Origin: a virus
DNA length: 5,086 nt
Reading direction: 5' to 3' (one strand)
IMG/VR virus record: IMGVR_UViG_3300011982_000023
Span: 1-5,086 of that record
Shown here one piece after another: positions 4,053-5,086 of the stretch; within the stretch, counting starts at the first letter, position 1; every line of letters begins with the position of its first letter. A program made the translations under genes and the position numbers. The notes below the pieces were generated by a model that worked only from the letters and a program-made list of their open reading frames with translations, was not told where the DNA came from and did no database searches.

Positions 4053-5086
4053 TAGAAATGAGAAACAAGACCTGGAACAGAATAAACAGGCATAGGACGC
4101 GCACAACGAAGAGATATATAACTATCTAATATAAACTGAGGTTCAGACTGAACAGCAACAGCTCGTTTAACACCATCATATGAAGCTTTATCCTCAATAA
4201 ATTCATGATTCAATTGAGGTAAATTATCAAACTTTTGAGCAAAATGCCAAACATCTAAAGACTGTGGATAAGTAGAACGAAGTTTTCCTGTAATTACAGA
4301 AGGATGATATCTATACTCAGCATATCTTTCCTGATATCCAAATATCTTGTTATCTTCCTCAGTTCCCTGAGCATAAATTTCCTTATTTAAAATAGCTTGT
4401 TCACCAAGATGAGCAAAGTCTGGCCAGTAATATTCAACGCGTGTCTTACGTGACCACATTCTGTTAATCCCTTGTTGATAAGACAAATCAGTACGAATAT
4501 TAACCAATCCAATTACAATACCATGTTCGGTAAATGATTTAGTAAAACCAGTACCTTTTGTGCCAACAATACCAAATGCAGACAAATTACCTTGCGGGGA
4601 ATCCTTAGAAGTCTCAGAATTTTGAACTACTGTAGAAATATTAACAGGAGTTGAAGAACCGCCAAGATACTCAGAACGCTGCAAACGAGAATCAGGGGAA
4701 ACAACACCGAAATGACTCCTAACAATCTCGGTATATCGTGTTCCGCCTCTTGCATCTCTTTCATAGAATCGTTGTAACTGAAATGCTTGTCGCAAATTAT
4801 TAATAGTAATAGCGGAAGCAGAAGACAAATCAGCTTGTAAACCTGAAACAGGTAAATTAAAAGAATTATTTTTCAAATAGCCAAGAGTATTATTATTAGG
4901 AAGAGAAATTCCATAACCATCAAAAAAAACCTGACGTTCTCCATCTTTAGATCCTGAATAACTAGCTTTAAACTTCGAATAACGATGACCATTATCAGTA
5001 ACAAAAGAAGAAGTAATCACATCACTATTAACAGGAATAGAACCAGTAATATTAGCAGAAGCGCCTAAATTAATTTCAACGCCAGG
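4052..5086 (-). CDS. VP1: Major capsid protein VP1, C-terminal portion (318 aa plus TAA stop). 5009..5086 duplicates 1..78. The 'M' at 5020 in the ORF track is an internal GTG Val codon, not a start.
   Basis: ORF-track protein ...ITSSFVTDNGHRYSKF... continues the translation of 1..60 (...PVNSDVITS) exactly. 5008-4052+1 = 957 nt = 319 codons including stop. Long beta-rich capsid-type sequence, size typical of gokushovirus F-like capsid. Confidence 0.93.
   Translation of the reverse strand, partial: PGVEINLGASANITGSIPVNSDVITSSFVTDNGHRYSKFKASYSGSKDGERQVFFDGYGISLPNNNTLGYLKNNSFNLPVSGLQADLSSASAITINNLRQAFQLQRFYERDARGGTRYTEIVRSHFGVVSPDSRLQRSEYLGGSSTPVNISTVVQNSETSKDSPQGNLSAFGIVGTKGTGFTKSFTEHGIVIGLVNIRTDLSYQQGINRMWSRKTRVEYYWPDFAHLGEQAILNKEIYAQGTEEDNKIFGYQERYAEYRYHPSVITGKLRSTYPQSLDVWHFAQKFDNLPQLNHEFIEDKASYDGVKRAVAVQSEPQFILDSYISLRCARPMPVYSVPGLVSHF
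5009..5086. repeat. Terminal redundancy copy 2. Genome unit = 5008 nt.
   Basis: Identical to 1..78. VP1 reading frame is continuous across the junction only if the molecule is circular. Confidence 0.97.

Noticed and set aside
4052-5020. The ORF-track call of VP1 as a 322-aa protein starting with Met at 5020
   Set aside because: The 'M' is an internal GTG (Val) codon. The true start is the ATG at 741, preceded by a GAGAGGTG RBS, with the reading frame continuing across the circular junction.
1-5086. Searched for CRISPR-like spaced repeats, tRNA-like cloverleaf regions, IS/transposon terminal inverted repeats, an integrase and a recognisable lysis enzyme
   Set aside because: None seen. The only long repeat is the 78-nt terminal redundancy from circular assembly. 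Coding density leaves no room for additional cargo.

Overview
The window holds a complete, circularly permuted genome of a small ssDNA phage of Microviridae/Gokushovirinae type. The genome unit is 5008 nt; window positions 1..78 are repeated exactly at 5009..5086, which is the assembly signature of a circular molecule. All protein-coding genes lie on the minus strand of the window and are packed with short overlaps. The major capsid protein VP1 (565 aa) starts at 741 and reads in frame through the window edge into 5008..4052. It is followed by VP2, the minor capsid/pilot-like protein (4040..3183), a 39-aa extremely basic J/VP8-like DNA-binding protein missing from the ORF track (3172..3053), VP4, an HUH rolling-circle replication initiator with a long C-terminal extension (3056..1839), and VP3, the internal scaffolding protein (1678..1205, TTG start). 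Four of these genes carry the same GAGGTG(A) Shine-Dalgarno 7-9 nt upstream of the start, and two of those RBSs sit inside the stop codon of the preceding gene. The 463-bp AT-rich intergenic region 742..1204 carries a sigma70-like promoter for VP1 with an extended -10, tandem stem-loops, an A7-hairpin-T7 bidirectional intrinsic terminator, and a plus-strand promoter-terminator pair that could make a small antisense RNA. A GC-rich 9-bp hairpin lies between VP4 and VP3. No tRNA, rRNA, CRISPR array, integrase or recognisable lysis gene is present. The gene order is VP1-VP2-VP8-VP4-VP3, with no separate VP5.
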